From Chlamydiota bacterium (lineage in GTDB: Bacteria; Chlamydiota; Chlamydiia; Chlamydiales; SM23-39), in contig JASFVE010000004.1 in assembly GCA_050049995.1 (NCBI GenBank), positions 1-45,808 on the forward strand: a stretch of DNA of 45,808 nucleotides, in the 5' to 3' direction. The notes beneath the pieces are model-generated. The model was given only the letters and a program-made list of their open reading frames with translations, had not been told where the DNA came from and did no database searches. Position 1 is the stretch's first letter. Each line of letters starts with the position of its first letter. Both the position numbers and the translations under genes were made by a program. Below are positions 1 to 10,304 of the stretch, piece after piece.

Positions 1-1034
1 GTCAAAATGGATGCTAAGTCAAACCTAAATCCATCTACTTTCATCTCACTTACCCAAAAACGCAAAGATTCTAAAATCAGTTCCTTACCTACAATGCTGT
101 TGCAGCTAAATGTATTCCCACAACCTGAAAAATTTAGATAATGACCATTAGAATCTAGTAAATAATAAGTAGAATTATCGATTCCTTTAAAATTTAAAAC
201 GTGTTCAGTGCCTCCTCCTTCTGCTGTGTGGTTGTATACCACATCTAGGATCACTTCAATGTTATTCCGATGTAGCTCTCTGACCATAGTTTTAAATTGA
301 TTTAAATAGCTTATGTCTGAAGTAGAGCTCATGTATCGTTTCATAGGAGTAAAAAAATTAACAGGAGAGTAGCCCCAGTAGTTTGTTAATTTTTTCTTTG
401 TTTGGGGGTTGATGTGTTCATTAGATGTTTCATCAAACTCAAAAATAGGGAGCAGTTCTACCGCATTAATACCTAATTTTTTTAAATAGGGAATTTTTTC
501 TACAACACCTAAAAAGGTACCTGGATTTTTCGTCTTGCTGCTTTGATCTTTTGTAAAACCTCGAATATGCATTTCATAGATAACTAGATCAGAAAGGTTG
601 AGATTCGGCTTATGTACTCCCTGCCAATCAAAGGAGCCATCGAAGACAACTTTACTTTTTAGTGGGGGGACCTTAGAGTCATTCCAAATAGGACTCCAAC
701 TTAATTCTCTTGAAAAAGGATCTGAAACGATACGCTTGGAGTTATATAAATATCCTTTCTTTAAATTATAAGGGCCATGTAGCCGAAAACCATACTCAAG
801 CTCAATAGGATAGTCTTCAATTAGTATATGCCATACATTTCCTGTTTTATTTTTTTTTTTATCAAAAGCAATTTCTTGAAAAATTTCTGTACTGCCTTCT
901 AGAAATAGGCAAAGGCTTACTTTTTGTGCATGGGAAGAAAATAAAGCAAAATTAACTCCTTTCTCTCGTTTACTTGGGCCTAAAGGAGTAGGGTAGCCAA
1001 GCTTTACTTGATTTTTTCCAATTTTTCGAATCAT
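1..1034 (-). CDS. glgX: Glycogen debranching enzyme/isoamylase GlgX (GH13), 3' end truncated by the window edge
   Basis: Manual translation from ATG at 1034: ...GYPTPLG...GVNFALFSSHA...WH...LVIYEMHIRGFT...GINAVELLPIFEFDE...NYWGYSPVNFF...EVILDVVYNHT...VDGFRFDLASIL. Not in the ORF track because no stop lies in the window. Confidence 0.95.
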   Translation of the reverse strand, partial: MIRKIGKNQVKLGYPTPLGPSKREKGVNFALFSSHAQKVSLCLFLEGSTEIFQEIAFDKKKNKTGNVWHILIEDYPIELEYGFRLHGPYNLKKGYLYNSKRIVSDPFSRELSWSPIWNDSKVPPLKSKVVFDGSFDWQGVHKPNLNLSDLVIYEMHIRGFTKDQSSKTKNPGTFLGVVEKIPYLKKLGINAVELLPIFEFDETSNEHINPQTKKKLTNYWGYSPVNFFTPMKRYMSSTSDISYLNQFKTMVRELHRNNIEVILDVVYNHTAEGGGTEHVLNFKGIDNSTYYLLDSNGHYLNFSGCGNTFSCNSIVGKELILESLRFWVSEMKVDGFRFDLASIL

Positions 1035-1100
1035 GTCAAAAAAACTTTTCAATGAGCTTCTTATAACACAATAAGAAAATAAAAGATCAATAGGTTGTTA

Positions 1101-1129
1101 TTGCTTATAAAGAATTTTACTGATAAACT
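1101..1129 (+). promoter_or_regulatory. Putative sigma66/sigma70-type promoter for slc1
   Basis: TTGCTT-17 nt-TAAACT, with an AAGGAGG RBS just upstream of ATG 1187. Confidence 0.45.
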
Positions 1130-1186
1130 CTCATTCTAGAAACTCAATAATTATTACTATAAGTTACTCTTTAAAGGAGGACATTC

Positions 1187-1702
1187 ATGTCATTAGAAAA
1201 TGCCAAGGCTAACCTAAAAGAATTTGGAAAAGAACTTAAGCTTGAAGGGTTAGAATTTGACGAAAATAATACCTGTATATTGGGGATTGATAATGCTTTT
1301 TCCCTACATATTACTTATGAACCTAATTCAGATAGGCTCTATCTTTATTCACCTCTTTTAGACGGTCTTCCAAAAGATGACAAGATCTTGCTATCTCTTT
1401 ATCAAATGTTATTAGAGGGGTCTTTATTAGGTGGACAAATGGCTGGCGGCGGCGTTGGCGTTGCTGTTAACGAAGAACTGATTTTAATGCATTGCGTTCT
1501 TGATATGGGCCTTGGAGTTGAGGTCTATGCCCTTTCTAAATTTGCTCCATTATTTGTTGAGACAGTTGAGCAGTGGAGAGAAAGAGTGAAAAAGAAATGT
1601 GCTGGACAAGATCCTGGTCCGTATAAACTCCCAACACCAGCTCAGGGGAAAGCTCCCATGCCTCAGGCAGGACCAATGACAGATAGATATAAAAAGGTCT
1701 AA
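1187..1702 (+). CDS. slc1: CesT/SycE-like class I type III secretion chaperone (Slc1, CT043 ortholog)
   Basis: FDENNTCIL...SLHITYEPNSDRLYLYSPLLDGLP...LLEGSLLGGQMAGGGVGVA...LILMHCVLDM closely matches chlamydial Slc1; Pro-rich tail; adjacent to glgX as in Chlamydia. Confidence 0.9.
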   Translation: MSLENAKANLKEFGKELKLEGLEFDENNTCILGIDNAFSLHITYEPNSDRLYLYSPLLDGLPKDDKILLSLYQMLLEGSLLGGQMAGGGVGVAVNEELILMHCVLDMGLGVEVYALSKFAPLFVETVEQWRERVKKKCAGQDPGPYKLPTPAQGKAPMPQAGPMTDRYKKV

Positions 1703-3015
1703 GAAAACTTTTCTAGTTTCTTAGTAATAGATTTAAGGGACGCTTTTAAAGAAGCGTCCTTTTCTTTTTGGCTTTCAATCTTTTTCACACTACTTATTAC
1801 AGTTGAGTGATCTCTATTAAAAACTTTTCCTATTTTAGTAAAAGGATATTTCAGTTCAGATCTAAGAAGGTACATAGCGATTTGTCTTGCATTGGCACAT
1901 TCTTTAGTTTGAGCTCTTTCCAATAAGTCTTCTTCTTTTAGTTCATAAAAAAAGGCTACGTTCTTAATTATGTCTTCATGAGTAATAACCTTTTTAGATG
2001 ATTCGTAAATAAGATCTTTAAGTATCACAGCTAGATCATTTTCAGATATTCTTTCTAAAGGAGTTGAGGCTCTTAAAATTAAAGTGTCAAAAGCTTTCAC
2101 AATATCTTTTGTAGAAGGAAATGCGCTGATAAAAAAGTTTAAAAGAGAATCCCTTAAGGTAATGGCATAGCTTTTGGCTCTTAGTTGAAGTAATTTAATA
2201 AAATCTTCTTTTTGTAGTGGCTCTAGTGAAGAGGAAAGACCCCATTCAAAACGACTTATCAAACGAGGTTCAATTTCCGTCAATTGAAGAGGAGGTTCTT
2301 TACTAGCTAGGATAATTTGTTTATTTTCTGTATGAAGAGTATTAAAAGTGTGAAAAAACTCTTCTTGTGTTGCCCATTTTTTTTCAAATAAGTGAATGTC
2401 ATCAATAATTAGAACATCTACATTTCTATAGGTTTTTCTAAATTGATCCATATATCCTTGGCGCATGGAGAAAACTACATGTTTTGTAAAAAGATCAGCA
2501 GAAACGTAAAGAGCCTTTTTATTTGTTTGAATAAAGTATTTTGCAAGAGCTGTAAGTAAATGTGTTTTACCAGATCCTGAAGGACCAAAAATATAAATAG
2601 GATTTAGTGTTCCAAGTGAAATGTTAGGTGAGGTGGTTTCATATCTTGCGAGGTCGCAAAGCAGGCGAAATAAGATTTTATTGTTTGCAGGGTAAAAATT
2701 AGAAAGGTGAAAAATAGGATCTAATGGCTTAAAGTTTAAAGATAATTCTTCTTTAGAGGGAACATCTTGTTTTTTCTTTTGCTGAGGTTCTTCTATGTGT
2801 ACTTTAATTAGCTGAGAATTGGCATTTTTAAAAGTGGAGAGTTTAGGAGCGACATACTCTTTAAACCAAGAAAGTTGAAAAGAGTTGTCGCTCTCTAAAT
2901 AAATATTTCGAGCGTCAAACTTCCGTATTTTTAAAGTTCTTAGCCATTTGTCAACATTGGCTTTTCCCAATTCCTTTTCTAAAGATTGAAGGAAGAGTTC
3001 CCACTGTTTCACCAA
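1699..3015 (-). CDS. dnaA: Chromosomal replication initiator DnaA (the yidC-linked one of the two chlamydial paralogs)
   Basis: Walker A GPSGSGKT, Walker B LIIDDIH, QEEFFHTFNTL, RLISRFEWGL, domain IV RQIAMYL...RDHSTV; start TTG 3015 or GTG 3012. Confidence 0.95.
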   Translation of the reverse strand: MVKQWELFLQSLEKELGKANVDKWLRTLKIRKFDARNIYLESDNSFQLSWFKEYVAPKLSTFKNANSQLIKVHIEEPQQKKKQDVPSKEELSLNFKPLDPIFHLSNFYPANNKILFRLLCDLARYETTSPNISLGTLNPIYIFGPSGSGKTHLLTALAKYFIQTNKKALYVSADLFTKHVVFSMRQGYMDQFRKTYRNVDVLIIDDIHLFEKKWATQEEFFHTFNTLHTENKQIILASKEPPLQLTEIEPRLISRFEWGLSSSLEPLQKEDFIKLLQLRAKSYAITLRDSLLNFFISAFPSTKDIVKAFDTLILRASTPLERISENDLAVILKDLIYESSKKVITHEDIIKNVAFFYELKEEDLLERAQTKECANARQIAMYLLRSELKYPFTKIGKVFNRDHSTVISSVKKIESQKEKDASLKASLKSITKKLEKFS

Positions 3016-3022
3016 AAAAATC

Positions 3023-4945
3023 CTATTTTTTCTTTTTTCCTTTAGGTGAATAGTATGCTCGTACAGGTACGTTGGATATTTTTTTCATAGTCTTTGTGTT
3101 GTAGTATTGTTGCAGCATCCCTAGTAAAGAAGAAGATAACCAATAAATATTCAAGCCAGATGGGAATTTATAGAACATAAATAGAAATAGTATGGCCATA
3201 AAGTTTCCAACAGTTTTTTGCTGTTTTTGCTGATCTGTCCATTTAGATTTGTCTTCAGGTAATTTCATGGTAACTTTTTGCTGGAGATACATAACTAAAC
3301 CTAAAAGAACGGGAAGTAAGTGAAACTCAGTTCCAAAGAAAATAATAGGATAATTCCAGCTAAATAATACATCAGGCGCAGTTAAGTTGGTAATCCAACC
3401 AGGGATGAAAGAGGCTCCTCTTAGTTCAAAAGTAGACTTTAAAAGATCAAACATACCAATTAAAAATGGAACCTGAATAAGTATAGGGAAGCAACCCATT
3501 AATGGATTGGCTTTCTTTTCTTGGTAGAGCTTCATGACTTCCATTTGAGCTCTTTTGGGGTCTCTTTTATATTTTTCTTGGATTGATTTTGCTAGAGGAG
3601 CTACTTCTTGCATTCTTGCATTCGCTTTAAATGACCAAGCATTAAGCGGGTACAGCATCAATCTCAAAACAACTGTTAAAAGTATAATGGAAAATCCCCA
3701 AGATCCAGTAATTTTATGGAAAAGGCTCATAAGAACAAATAAGAACTTGGCAAATGGCTCTGATATAAAAGCAAACCAGCCGTGGAAGCTTTGAGCTCCT
3801 AAGTAATTAGGATTGTAACCGATGGTAGGGTCTGAATAGACATTGTCAACATATTTTAAAATGTCACTTTCGTATGGTCCTGCAAAAACCCTAAAGTCCA
3901 TGGATGAAGTGTTTGCCAATGGTACTAAAATATCGTAGCCAGGATAATTCTTAGCAGGATAGAGATTATATTCCGGATCAATTAATGAGATTCGAGGCAC
4001 TAATATGTTTCCATCAATTTTTTCTGTTTTATACCCTTGAGCAGGTTCTAAAAGTGGGTCAACAATTAGTCCAAAAAAACCATTAGAATTAGAAGTCCAG
4101 TTTGGGTAAACAGATGTAACGGTGTTAGTTGCATCAGGCAACTTCATTTTATCTACCGTAGTTTTTTTCCCTTTGTTTATTTCATATTTTAAAGCAGGGG
4201 TTGCTTTTCCTGAAATAAGCTCAACATCTGGAACGCCTGAGGTAAGCCAAAGGTTTCTTTTATCTCCATCTACTAATACTTTTAGGTTGACCACAAAAGG
4301 AACTTCAGGACCTTCTGGAAGGGTAAATATTTTAGTGATCCTTCTATTAGATTGAGATAGTTCAAATTCAATATAATTTTTCTCAAATCTTCTTACCTTA
4401 TAGCTTGCTGTGTCAGTATTACTGTCATCAGATAAAATGTTTAAAGCATAATATTTAGGATCAACGCTTCGATAGACAGATCCGTTAGAATTATAAATTG
4501 TTCTTCGCAAAAGAGGGTAATATCCTCCTTTGTTTCCTTTAGCAATTTTTTGCGTTCCGTTATCTGTTGCTACATAGTAGGATTTAGTGGGGAAGAAGTC
4601 ATTCTGCGGATATTTCTCACTAATGATGCGGTCAACTTCAATAGGGTTGATAGGACTCGAAGGATTTTGCTTAGACTTTAATGGTAAATTTACCTCTGCT
4701 AAAGCTCCACCTCTTGTAGAAAATACCAATTGCAAATAGTCATTTTCCAAAACATAAAATTCTTCATTATAATCTTGCTCGGGCTCGGCCTCGACTCTTA
4801 GACTAGGTGTCTCTGAGACTTTTTCAATTTGTTTTTTATTTATCCACTCTTTAGTCTCATCCGTTTTTTTAGAAGAAAAAAAATGGTTTACTCCATAAAA
4901 CGTAAGTGTGACTAAAATTATAAAAAGTATCGCTCTTCTATCCAT
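3023..4945 (-). CDS. yidC: Membrane protein insertase YidC
   Basis: N-terminal TM, periplasmic domain (LENDYLQLVFSTRGG), C-terminal 60KD_IMP motifs WGFSIILLTVVLRLMLYPL, GCFPILIQVPF, PSGLNIYW. Confidence 0.95.
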   Translation of the reverse strand: MDRRAILFIILVTLTFYGVNHFFSSKKTDETKEWINKKQIEKVSETPSLRVEAEPEQDYNEEFYVLENDYLQLVFSTRGGALAEVNLPLKSKQNPSSPINPIEVDRIISEKYPQNDFFPTKSYYVATDNGTQKIAKGNKGGYYPLLRRTIYNSNGSVYRSVDPKYYALNILSDDSNTDTASYKVRRFEKNYIEFELSQSNRRITKIFTLPEGPEVPFVVNLKVLVDGDKRNLWLTSGVPDVELISGKATPALKYEINKGKKTTVDKMKLPDATNTVTSVYPNWTSNSNGFFGLIVDPLLEPAQGYKTEKIDGNILVPRISLIDPEYNLYPAKNYPGYDILVPLANTSSMDFRVFAGPYESDILKYVDNVYSDPTIGYNPNYLGAQSFHGWFAFISEPFAKFLFVLMSLFHKITGSWGFSIILLTVVLRLMLYPLNAWSFKANARMQEVAPLAKSIQEKYKRDPKRAQMEVMKLYQEKKANPLMGCFPILIQVPFLIGMFDLLKSTFELRGASFIPGWITNLTAPDVLFSWNYPIIFFGTEFHLLPVLLGLVMYLQQKVTMKLPEDKSKWTDQQKQQKTVGNFMAILFLFMFYKFPSGLNIYWLSSSLLGMLQQYYNTKTMKKISNVPVRAYYSPKGKKKK

Positions 4946-4998
4946 TTTGACCTTTAATTTTGCATGAATTTATCACGATTGGATTTAGAAAAAAAGAA

Positions 4999-7083
4999 TT
5001 AAAGCTCTTCTGCGGTGTTTTGATTAGTTTCTAAACAGGCAATAAAGTCTGAAAAAGCTTGTGTATATCTTAAATTTTCTAGCCAGTCATCTTCCATAAT
5101 TTCTTCTATAGGAGGCAAGGCGTCAAAAAGCTGGGCTTTTTCAATGAATTCCATAGCCTGTGAATAACGTCTAGTTAAAGATAAAAGGCACGCCATTTGG
5201 TAATATGCGTGCTGATTGCCAAGTTGACCACTTCTCATGATCTTTTGTTCAGCGTCCTTAAAAAATGCATGAGCAGTTGTTTCATTTTGAGATAGGTCAG
5301 CAAGGTGAGTCAGTGTCAGCCCCCACTCTAGCCAGATTTGATCATTTTCAGGTTCTTGCTTAACTGCGAGCATAAAATAGTTAATAGCTTTATTGAAAAC
5401 TTCTTTTTCTAAAGTAATTTCAGCTAGATGGGAGAAACAAAGAGCAGTTTTAAAGTAAATGTCGGGATATTGGGGGTCAACAAGAATGACATGCAAAAAT
5501 AGTTCGATAGCCTTTGTGTAATACTTTTCTTCATCAGAAAGTTCGCCTAATAAAAACAAGCTAAGTGCGTAGTAAAATAGCCAATTTGGATGTTGTAATA
5601 TAGCAGTTTTATGTGACTGGATGATTGTTTCTAAAAGTGCTGTTCCTTTTTTTAAGGAATCTATATCAGCTGTACATTCAGCAAGCTTTAAAAGAGCTTT
5701 TGCATAACCGAAGCTAAGTGAAGGACAAGAGGGTTTTAAATCACAAGCTCTTGCGAAAAAGTCGCATGACTGTTGGAATATCTCTACATCTTCTAAAAAG
5801 TGGCCTAATTCATAGTAGGCACTAGCCAATATATGCCATAGTTCGGCACAGGACCTATCTAGGGAAATTCCGTGCTGTACTTTTTCAATAGCAGCTTCTA
5901 TAAAATCTGGTTCTTCATAGTATTTTCCAAAAGCCATTAGGCAAACGCCATAAGCGTACCAAAGTTCGGGCTCATCTGGAAATTGATCGACGGCTTTAAT
6001 AATTTTATTTTCCGATTCGATCATTAAATCTAAACGGTTGGTTAAAAGACCAAGTTGAGATAGCGACTCTGTCCACTGGCCAATTACAAGAGGGTGTCTA
6101 GGGTCTATGTTTTGTGCTCTTATACACTTTTGTGTGGCAAGTTTAAGTCTTTGCGGGTCTTTATTAAGAATTCCGGCTTCGCCCAAAAGCTGGGCCCAAT
6201 GTAGCCAAAGTTCAATTTTGGTGTTATTTTTCTTTAATGCCTGAGTAAAGCATTCGTGAGCATGGTTATAATAATGCTCATCCATCGTATTAATATATAA
6301 TTGGGTGTAAGCTTGGGCTAAATAAAACCACCCTTCATATGATTCAGAGTTACTCTTGACGACCTTTCTAAAATATTCAATGGCTTGGAAGTACATTTTC
6401 GAATCATTGATTAAAAGGCCCATCTGTAAATAAGCATTTCCAAAGTCTCTCCAAAAATTTGAAGAGGCGTTATTTTGATATGATGATGAAGTACAAAAAG
6501 ATTGAATTGCCATCCTAAGGTCGATTGCTTCTCCAGAGGCTTCAGAAATTGCTGTCCATAACAAACCTATTTTCCAGTATAAGTCTCCCTTTTTTTCTGG
6601 GGGTTGACTATCAGATAAATGAATAGCTGTTTCAAATTTTTCTTTAGCGTCTGTTAAAAAGTGGAGTTCACTGTGCACTTTGCCAAGCTGAGTTAAGGTT
6701 AATCCCCAATTTAGCCATATATCAAAATTTTCAGTATCCAGCTGAGAGGCAATGGTAAAATTTTTATTAGCTAATTGAAAGGCCTTTTCTTGATTTTCTA
6801 AAATAGCATATTGATAAAAGGCAACTCCCTGGCGAAACCAATTTTCTGGGTCAGAAGGAGCTAGTTCAGATGCGGCTTCAAAATATTTTAGAGCCTTCAA
6901 ATCATTTTTTTGTAAAAGAGTCTCTGCTTTGCTTAGATATTTTTTTGATAACTCATTTTTTTCTTTAACAGAAAGTTTTGTCCATTTGTCAGGTACTTCA
7001 TTATTTTTTTGAGGAAATATACGGTTAAAAAAGCGTTGAAGCAGATGTGTTTTGTCTATCTTATTAGAACTCATATTATTCAT
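4999..7083 (-). CDS. Tetratricopeptide-repeat protein (conserved chlamydial type)
   Basis: Many ~34-aa helical repeats (W..WG..L, A..F..A...P) and a C-terminal YQMACLLSL...DDWLENLR TPR-end segment. Confidence 0.85.
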   Translation of the reverse strand: MNNMSSNKIDKTHLLQRFFNRIFPQKNNEVPDKWTKLSVKEKNELSKKYLSKAETLLQKNDLKALKYFEAASELAPSDPENWFRQGVAFYQYAILENQEKAFQLANKNFTIASQLDTENFDIWLNWGLTLTQLGKVHSELHFLTDAKEKFETAIHLSDSQPPEKKGDLYWKIGLLWTAISEASGEAIDLRMAIQSFCTSSSYQNNASSNFWRDFGNAYLQMGLLINDSKMYFQAIEYFRKVVKSNSESYEGWFYLAQAYTQLYINTMDEHYYNHAHECFTQALKKNNTKIELWLHWAQLLGEAGILNKDPQRLKLATQKCIRAQNIDPRHPLVIGQWTESLSQLGLLTNRLDLMIESENKIIKAVDQFPDEPELWYAYGVCLMAFGKYYEEPDFIEAAIEKVQHGISLDRSCAELWHILASAYYELGHFLEDVEIFQQSCDFFARACDLKPSCPSLSFGYAKALLKLAECTADIDSLKKGTALLETIIQSHKTAILQHPNWLFYYALSLFLLGELSDEEKYYTKAIELFLHVILVDPQYPDIYFKTALCFSHLAEITLEKEVFNKAINYFMLAVKQEPENDQIWLEWGLTLTHLADLSQNETTAHAFFKDAEQKIMRSGQLGNQHAYYQMACLLSLTRRYSQAMEFIEKAQLFDALPPIEEIMEDDWLENLRYTQAFSDFIACLETNQNTAEEL

Positions 7084-7203
7084 ACGATTAGTTTAGCTGA
7101 TTATAGAGCAGTATTTTCATTTTTCTCAACGGATTCTCTCGATGAAACAATCTTTGAAAATCCACTTAGTAAAAGTTTAATTTTTAAAGGAATTTTTTTA
7201 ATT

Positions 7204-8514
7204 TTACAAACAAAAATTTTCCTTTTCAGCGATTTTTTTTAGATCCTGTCTATGCCATTTTAAACCATTTTTTTTATACCTGGAAAGGTCGAAAAAATGG
7301 ATTGGCATTTTGTATTTCGGCAAGATCTTTTCTAATTGCTTTTTTAAAGTATTTTCACAAAATTTTTTTGCTAAAATAAAACAGACTGGTCTATGACCAA
7401 AGTCCGGATCTTTAACCGGCAAAACATATACTTCTTCGAAACGGCCACATTGATAAATACTTCGTATTATTTCTTCAGGATAAATATTTTCACCTCCAGA
7501 TATAAATAAATTGTCTTTTCTTCTAACAAAAGAAAAACCATAGGTTTTATGGTATGCTCCAATATCTTTGGTTTTAAACCATCCTATATGAGGTTTTTGA
7601 CCAAAGTATCCTTTAAATAGAGTATCTCCTTTTACAAGAATTTCCTTATTTTGATCTAGTTTCATGAAGCTGTATTTATGGGGAAATCCCAAGTAATATC
7701 TTCCATCTCGAATAACTGGTTTGTTGCTTAATAAAAGTTGGGATGACGTTTCACTCATGCCATATGTAAGTGCAACAGGAAGATGTGCTTTTACTGCTTC
7801 AAAAAATAAATCTTCCGAAAGATAGGCTCCTCCAACCAATAGACATTTAAATGGAGAGGGCAAAGATAAAGCATCTAATAATCTGATCAATTGAGTTGGC
7901 ACTAGTGAAACAATGTTAGCTTTTGTCTCTAAAAGGGGCATTCCTTTTTCAGGAAGGGTAAGAGTTGCTTTACTCATAAAAGTTCTAAATAAAATAGATA
8001 ATCCACTTACATGGAACAAAGGAAGAGACAAAAGATAAGTATCTTGTTCAGTAATCCCCAATTTTTCAATGACTGCTAGCGAATTTATGAAAAAGGATCT
8101 AGGTGTAAGAATTACTATTTTAGGCGATGAGGTAGATCCAGAAGTAGAAATATATATTTTACTCGAAAAATAATTTGTGGATTTTTCTAAGAAGCTTTTT
8201 TGTTCTACATATTGCTCTATTGTATCGATAAAATGCCCCTTTACTTGCTTCGTAAGGCTCATATTTAAAGTAAGAGGATTGCGAGAATTAAGTAGGTAGA
8301 CTGTTTTTCCCTGCCTTAAGCAGGCAAATAAAAAAACTATACTGTCAAAAGAAAGGCTTGGGATAAACGAAAGAGTCTCACTTAAGTCTTTTATATTATG
8401 CTGGCAAAAGGAAATATGAGTATCCAGTTCTTGATAGCTGTAGTTTTTATGTATGCTAGATACAGCAGTCTTATGTGGGGCTAGTAAAGCTGCTAATCTA
8501 ATGGGACATAGCAT
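7204..8514 (-). CDS. menE: o-succinylbenzoate-CoA ligase
   Basis: AMP-binding motifs TSGSTSSPK, LPLFHVSG, YGMSET, WFKTKDIG, RKDNLFISGGENIYPEEI; last gene of the men operon. Confidence 0.9.
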   Translation of the reverse strand: MLCPIRLAALLAPHKTAVSSIHKNYSYQELDTHISFCQHNIKDLSETLSFIPSLSFDSIVFLFACLRQGKTVYLLNSRNPLTLNMSLTKQVKGHFIDTIEQYVEQKSFLEKSTNYFSSKIYISTSGSTSSPKIVILTPRSFFINSLAVIEKLGITEQDTYLLSLPLFHVSGLSILFRTFMSKATLTLPEKGMPLLETKANIVSLVPTQLIRLLDALSLPSPFKCLLVGGAYLSEDLFFEAVKAHLPVALTYGMSETSSQLLLSNKPVIRDGRYYLGFPHKYSFMKLDQNKEILVKGDTLFKGYFGQKPHIGWFKTKDIGAYHKTYGFSFVRRKDNLFISGGENIYPEEIIRSIYQCGRFEEVYVLPVKDPDFGHRPVCFILAKKFCENTLKKQLEKILPKYKMPIHFFDLSRYKKNGLKWHRQDLKKIAEKENFCL

Positions 8515-9452
8515 AGGTTTTCTGTATTAAGCAGGGGCTTTTCTATAATAGTTTTTCCTTGCGTTTGTTCAAATAAGGAAAATGTAATATTGTCTTCCAT
8601 AAACTGAGAGGTATCGATTCCTGGTGCATAAAAGCTAGATTTTTCAGCTAGTCTTAAAATATGATAAATGCCCACTTTTGATTCAAAGCTACTGCTAAAA
8701 ATTAAAGGCTTACTTTTGGCATTTTCAGAAATATTGCCTACAATTGTAGGTTTGATTACTAAGCCGGCAATATATGGCAACTCCTCTGCTTTTAAAGTAG
8801 GTAAAGATTCGTCGAAGACAGTTGGAAACTGCGTTTCTTTACTTAGCTGAAGCGACTCTTGTTTAGTTATACAAGGCTCTTCTAAAAACTCAAAGTCAGT
8901 TGGTTGAAAGCTCTTACAAAATTGAATAGCATTTTTAAAAGAAAGGCTTTGGTTGAAGTCTACTCTAATTTTTTTGTCAGGGTAGAGTTTTTTCAGTTCT
9001 TTAAAAAGATCTATTGTTTCTAAAAGATCTAATGAATGGGCTTTTACTTTTATACTAGTAGTTAGGGTAGAAGAAATTTTTTTTAAGATTTCTTGAGGAC
9101 TTCCTAGTAATAAAGAAGAGTAGGATAGAGATATTTTTTCAGGAAGTTCCTTTATAAAAGAGCAGGTAAGTCCAAAGGCAAGGGAAGGGAATATTTTCTG
9201 AAAATTTATGCCCTTCTTTTGCTTAAAGGCATGGATTACCTCTTTTAGTTGAGTAAAAGCATCTTGTAACGATTCCTTACTAAAAAAAGGGAGGGGAGCT
9301 ACTTCCCCATAGCCTATTCGTCCCTTTACATCTGTATGTTTTAGAATAAACCCTTTTCTTGTAGCAAAAGTTTTTCCCTTTAATTTTAGAGGTGTCTTAA
9401 AGGGGATACAATAAGAAAAAACCTCGAACTTCAAAGAATCCACCCAATACAA
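8493..9452 (-). CDS. menC: o-succinylbenzoate synthase (enolase superfamily); true start may be GTG 9443 or TTG 9434
   Basis: GYGEVAPLP, KVK, RVDFN, LEEP, DES, VIKPT, SSSFES and PGIDT motifs. Confidence 0.9.
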   Translation of the reverse strand: MYWVDSLKFEVFSYCIPFKTPLKLKGKTFATRKGFILKHTDVKGRIGYGEVAPLPFFSKESLQDAFTQLKEVIHAFKQKKGINFQKIFPSLAFGLTCSFIKELPEKISLSYSSLLLGSPQEILKKISSTLTTSIKVKAHSLDLLETIDLFKELKKLYPDKKIRVDFNQSLSFKNAIQFCKSFQPTDFEFLEEPCITKQESLQLSKETQFPTVFDESLPTLKAEELPYIAGLVIKPTIVGNISENAKSKPLIFSSSFESKVGIYHILRLAEKSSFYAPGIDTSQFMEDNITFSLFEQTQGKTIIEKPLLNTENLCYVPLD

Positions 9453-10303
9453 AATAAAAGGGTAAATACAATCATAGTTATGCTTGTTTCTTTTAGAACA
9501 AGAGGAAGATCTTGTAAGAAAAGTACTTTTTTAATGGGGGGTATTATCAACACGCATGAGAGTAAAGGTAGTAATTTTACTCCTGAAAAACAGCTAAAGG
9601 TAAGTAAAATAATATAGGGAAATAGTACACACACAAGATATTCAAGCTTTCCCCATGTCGTACCATAGCGCACTATTAAAGTTTTTTTATTGGCTTTTAG
9701 ATCTTCTTTAGCATCTCGTAAGTTATTAGCCGTTAAAATTGCACATGAAAACATGCCTGGTAATAAACCAGCTAAAAAAGAAGTTACTGATAAGGTGTTT
9801 GCTTGAAGATAAAAGCACCCCATAGTTGCTGCTGGACCGAAAAAAAGAAGAACAGTGAGGTCAGCTAAGCCGACATAGCTTAAAGGAAATGGGCCTGCCG
9901 TATACATGTAGCCCAGTAGTATAGCTAGTAAAGAAAGCAATAAAATCCAAATACCGCCTATAGCAGTTAGGTAAGAAGAGACTAAAAAGGCTGCAAAGAA
10001 AGTGGCGACAATAGCAACCCTCATTTCTTTCGTTGTAACAAGTTTGGCTGCTGTAATTCTTAAAGGACCTTTTCTTTCAAAAGTATCGACGCCATTTTTG
10101 AAATCATAATAATCATTTACAAAATTCGTTCCGACTTGAATTAAAAGAGCGAAGGCAATTGATGCAAGGAAAACGCTAATATTTAACTTGTGCTCGCTGA
10201 GTGCGAGCACAGATCCTATTAAAACAGGGCTGACAGAGGCTATTAAAGTTTTAGGTCTTGAAGCTAATAACCACTTTTGTGGAAACGAAAGAATTTTTTC
10301 CAT
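9431..10303 (-). CDS. menA: 1,4-dihydroxy-2-naphthoate prenyltransferase
   Basis: ASRPKTL, NDYYDFKNGVD, YTAGPFPLSYVGL, NNLRD...D...KKTL; multi-pass membrane UbiA family. Confidence 0.93.
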   Translation of the reverse strand: MEKILSFPQKWLLASRPKTLIASVSPVLIGSVLALSEHKLNISVFLASIAFALLIQVGTNFVNDYYDFKNGVDTFERKGPLRITAAKLVTTKEMRVAIVATFFAAFLVSSYLTAIGGIWILLLSLLAILLGYMYTAGPFPLSYVGLADLTVLLFFGPAATMGCFYLQANTLSVTSFLAGLLPGMFSCAILTANNLRDAKEDLKANKKTLIVRYGTTWGKLEYLVCVLFPYIILLTFSCFSGVKLLPLLSCVLIIPPIKKVLFLQDLPLVLKETSITMIVFTLLFCIGWIL

Positions 10304-10304
10304 A

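Noticed and set aside
1699..4998. oriC near dnaA
   Set aside because: dnaA has almost no flanking intergenic space and I saw no cluster of TTATCCACA boxes; one near-match at ~4840 lies inside yidC
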